From Candidatus Krumholzibacteriia bacterium (GTDB taxonomy: Bacteria > Krumholzibacteriota > Krumholzibacteriia > WVZY01 > JAKEHA01), in assembly GCA_029865265.1 (NCBI GenBank), contig JAOUHG010000002.1:98357-162356 (forward strand): a DNA stretch of 64,000 nt. Direction: 5' to 3'. Below are positions 62,362 to 64,000 of this stretch, in pieces. How positions within the stretch are numbered: the first letter of the stretch is position 1; each line of letters begins with the position of its first letter. The position numbers and the translations under genes are program-made. The notes beneath the pieces were generated by a model. The model searched no databases, was not told where the DNA came from, and was given only the letters and a program-made list of their open reading frames with translations.

Positions 62362-62435
62362 GCTCCTGATTACTCCCGGAGCCGCGCTGCGGAGGCGTTT
62401 GAACCGAAAGCAACAATCCCGAAGGTGCCCTTGCG

Positions 62436-63299
62436 CTAGTGATGCCCGCCTTGCGCTTCCATAGATGCGGAGAAGCAGAAGGGGCCATTGCTCATGAGCT
62501 TGTCCTGCGCTTCGAGGTTCCCCATGATCATGGCTGGGTAGTCGGTGAAATCATACTGGGTATCGTTGCCGTCGGCCGGCGCATGATCCGTATACCAGCC
62601 GTTGAGTTCCACGTGCAGCGTCACTTCGCCGGAACCGCCCTCGTGTATGTGGGTGGGGGTGACCGGCAGGTCTACGCTGAAGTGGTGGTGATGCGGCGTC
62701 GCGTCCACAATGCCCGGAAACATGGGGTTGGTCCCGTCCAGCTGGCGCGCGCCGGTGTGCGTGGTATACCCGGCCGTCGCGCCGCCGGGCGTCTGTTCGT
62801 AGTTCCCCTCGAGCTGCATGTAGTGATAGCCCAGGTTCGGACCCAGACCGGTGGGCCAGGCCATCTCGGTGTGGAATTTGGTCATTGAGATGTACTTGTC
62901 GCGCACATTGCGCGTCTCGTCGAGTCCGAAGGTAAACGTAACCCGGTTCCAGTCCGCGTGCGGCACGCCACCATCGAAGTGGATGGTCTGGCTCGACGGG
63001 TCCGCGATGTTGAAGTAGTGAAGGTCCTTCAGCTTCACGTTGTTGCCCTGTTCGGAGTGGAGACGGATGTCCGTAAGCACGAAGCGCAGCACCTTGACGC
63101 TGTACTTGCGCCCTGCGGGGTTGTCGTAGGTGAGCGAGTTGAGCACCAGCGGCTGGCCGCCCACGGTGAAATCGAAAAATACGTCCACCGAGATCGGCTC
63201 TTCAGTGGCAACCGGGTCGTCTTCGCCGCAACCGGCCAGCAACAGGCTGAGCAGGGTGGCGAGGACGGCGGCGAGGCGAAGGATTCCGGTGCGGCTCAT
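62436..63299 (-). CDS. MbnP-family copper-binding lipoprotein
   Basis: Lipobox LAG-C; LRFVLTDIRL, FTFGLD, MAWP...GYHYMQLEG, YTTHTG, His-rich PHHHHF; directly upstream of the MbnH-like gene. Confidence 0.75.
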   Translation of the reverse strand: MSRTGILRLAAVLATLLSLLLAGCGEDDPVATEEPISVDVFFDFTVGGQPLVLNSLTYDNPAGRKYSVKVLRFVLTDIRLHSEQGNNVKLKDLHYFNIADPSSQTIHFDGGVPHADWNRVTFTFGLDETRNVRDKYISMTKFHTEMAWPTGLGPNLGYHYMQLEGNYEQTPGGATAGYTTHTGARQLDGTNPMFPGIVDATPHHHHFSVDLPVTPTHIHEGGSGEVTLHVELNGWYTDHAPADGNDTQYDFTDYPAMIMGNLEAQDKLMSNGPFCFSASMEAQGGHH

Positions 63300-63371
63300 G
63301 GCAATCGTCTCCTTGGAAGGTCAGGCGTCGGGGGGCGCCGGCAACGCACGGGGACGCGTCGGTAATGGTAA

Positions 63372-63400
63372 ATTATAGCGCCATGAACGGCGCGGTACAA
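63372..63400 (-). promoter_or_regulatory. Putative sigma70 promoter of the mbnP-mbnH pair
   Basis: TTGTAC-N17-TATAAT on the minus strand. Confidence 0.6.
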
Positions 63401-63415
63401 GGCAGGTCTGCGCCC

Positions 63416-64000
63416 TCACGGCCCGGCCATTATCTCGTAGGTTCCCAGCAGGGTGTATCGGGCCACGGTTCCCGCGCTGCCCGCAAAGTAGGTGTTCGAG
63501 CAATGGACCGTGCCGGACGCCGTGCGCGCCGGAAACGGCAGGGGGCAGATGGTCGCCCAGATCGCCTCGAAGCGCCCGTTGGGAACCGGGACGATGGGCC
63601 GCCACGCAGTCTGGTCGTAGAAGAGAACCGAGTCGGCGTCGCCCACGGTGAATACGTACGCGCTGTCGCTGCCGAACACGTCGTACAGGTCGTCGGTGCG
63701 GGGCGAGGTCATCGGCACCCACCCACTGCCCCGGTTCTGCCAGATCTCCCCGCCGTCCCCCACCGCGAACCAGTCGTCGGGCTTGTCCGCCCACACCGCA
63801 CGCAGCGTCGCGGACGTAAACGGGGCCTCCCGCGCCCACGTTCCCGACACGCGGTGGATGACCTCGCCCGCGACACCCACCGCCCACGCCTCGCCGGTGC
63901 CGGTCGCCCACACGCCGCGCAGATCCACGCCGGTGGCACCGCTCATGTCCTGCCAGCCACTGCCGTCGTTCTCGAGGATCACGCCGCCGTCGCCGACCAC
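63416..64000 (-). CDS. Beta-propeller (BNR/WD40-YVTN-like) repeat protein, C-terminal part
   Basis: Repeats DLRGVW..WAVG..G, TLRAVW..WFAVGDGG, DLYDVFG..VFTVG; the 5' end lies beyond the window. Confidence 0.75.
   Translation of the reverse strand: MVGDGGVILENDGSGWQDMSGATGVDLRGVWATGTGEAWAVGVAGEVIHRVSGTWAREAPFTSATLRAVWADKPDDWFAVGDGGEIWQNRGSGWVPMTSPRTDDLYDVFGSDSAYVFTVGDADSVLFYDQTAWRPIVPVPNGRFEAIWATICPLPFPARTASGTVHCSNTYFAGSAGTVARYTLLGTYEIMAGP

Overview
A GC-rich, gene-dense bacterial chromosome segment. I found no rRNA, tRNA, CRISPR array, transposase or integrase. Several secreted proteins carry T9SS/FlgD-type C-terminal sorting domains, which suggests a high-GC FCB-superphylum lineage such as Ca. 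Krumholzibacteriota/Latescibacterota (inference only). Housekeeping genes: alr (partial), acyl-CoA dehydrogenase-etfB-etfA, carAB behind a PyrR-type attenuator, a DtxR-family regulator with feoAB, yjbQ, fabV, an IDH/IPMDH-family dehydrogenase, ispH and deoC. Accessory highlights: (1) three tandem ~1650-aa gingipain-like C25 proteases whose last ~530 nt are near-identical and mosaic, next to a metzincin lipoprotein; (2) a sensor kinase and sigma54 activator followed by a consensus -24/-12 promoter and an uncharacterised operon of a helical-repeat protein, a lipoprotein and an outer-membrane barrel; (3) a secreted LIM + LIM-like + HExxH protein with the core architecture of plant DA1; (4) an UshA-like CGC / tetraheme cytochrome c fusion lipoprotein; (5) two tandem ~827-aa paralogues with sorting domains; (6) an mbnP-mbnH pair; (7) a thiolase-fold/DUF35 pair apparently lacking the catalytic Cys; (8) several apparently leaderless genes. 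All calls come from reading motifs by eye; no database searches were run.
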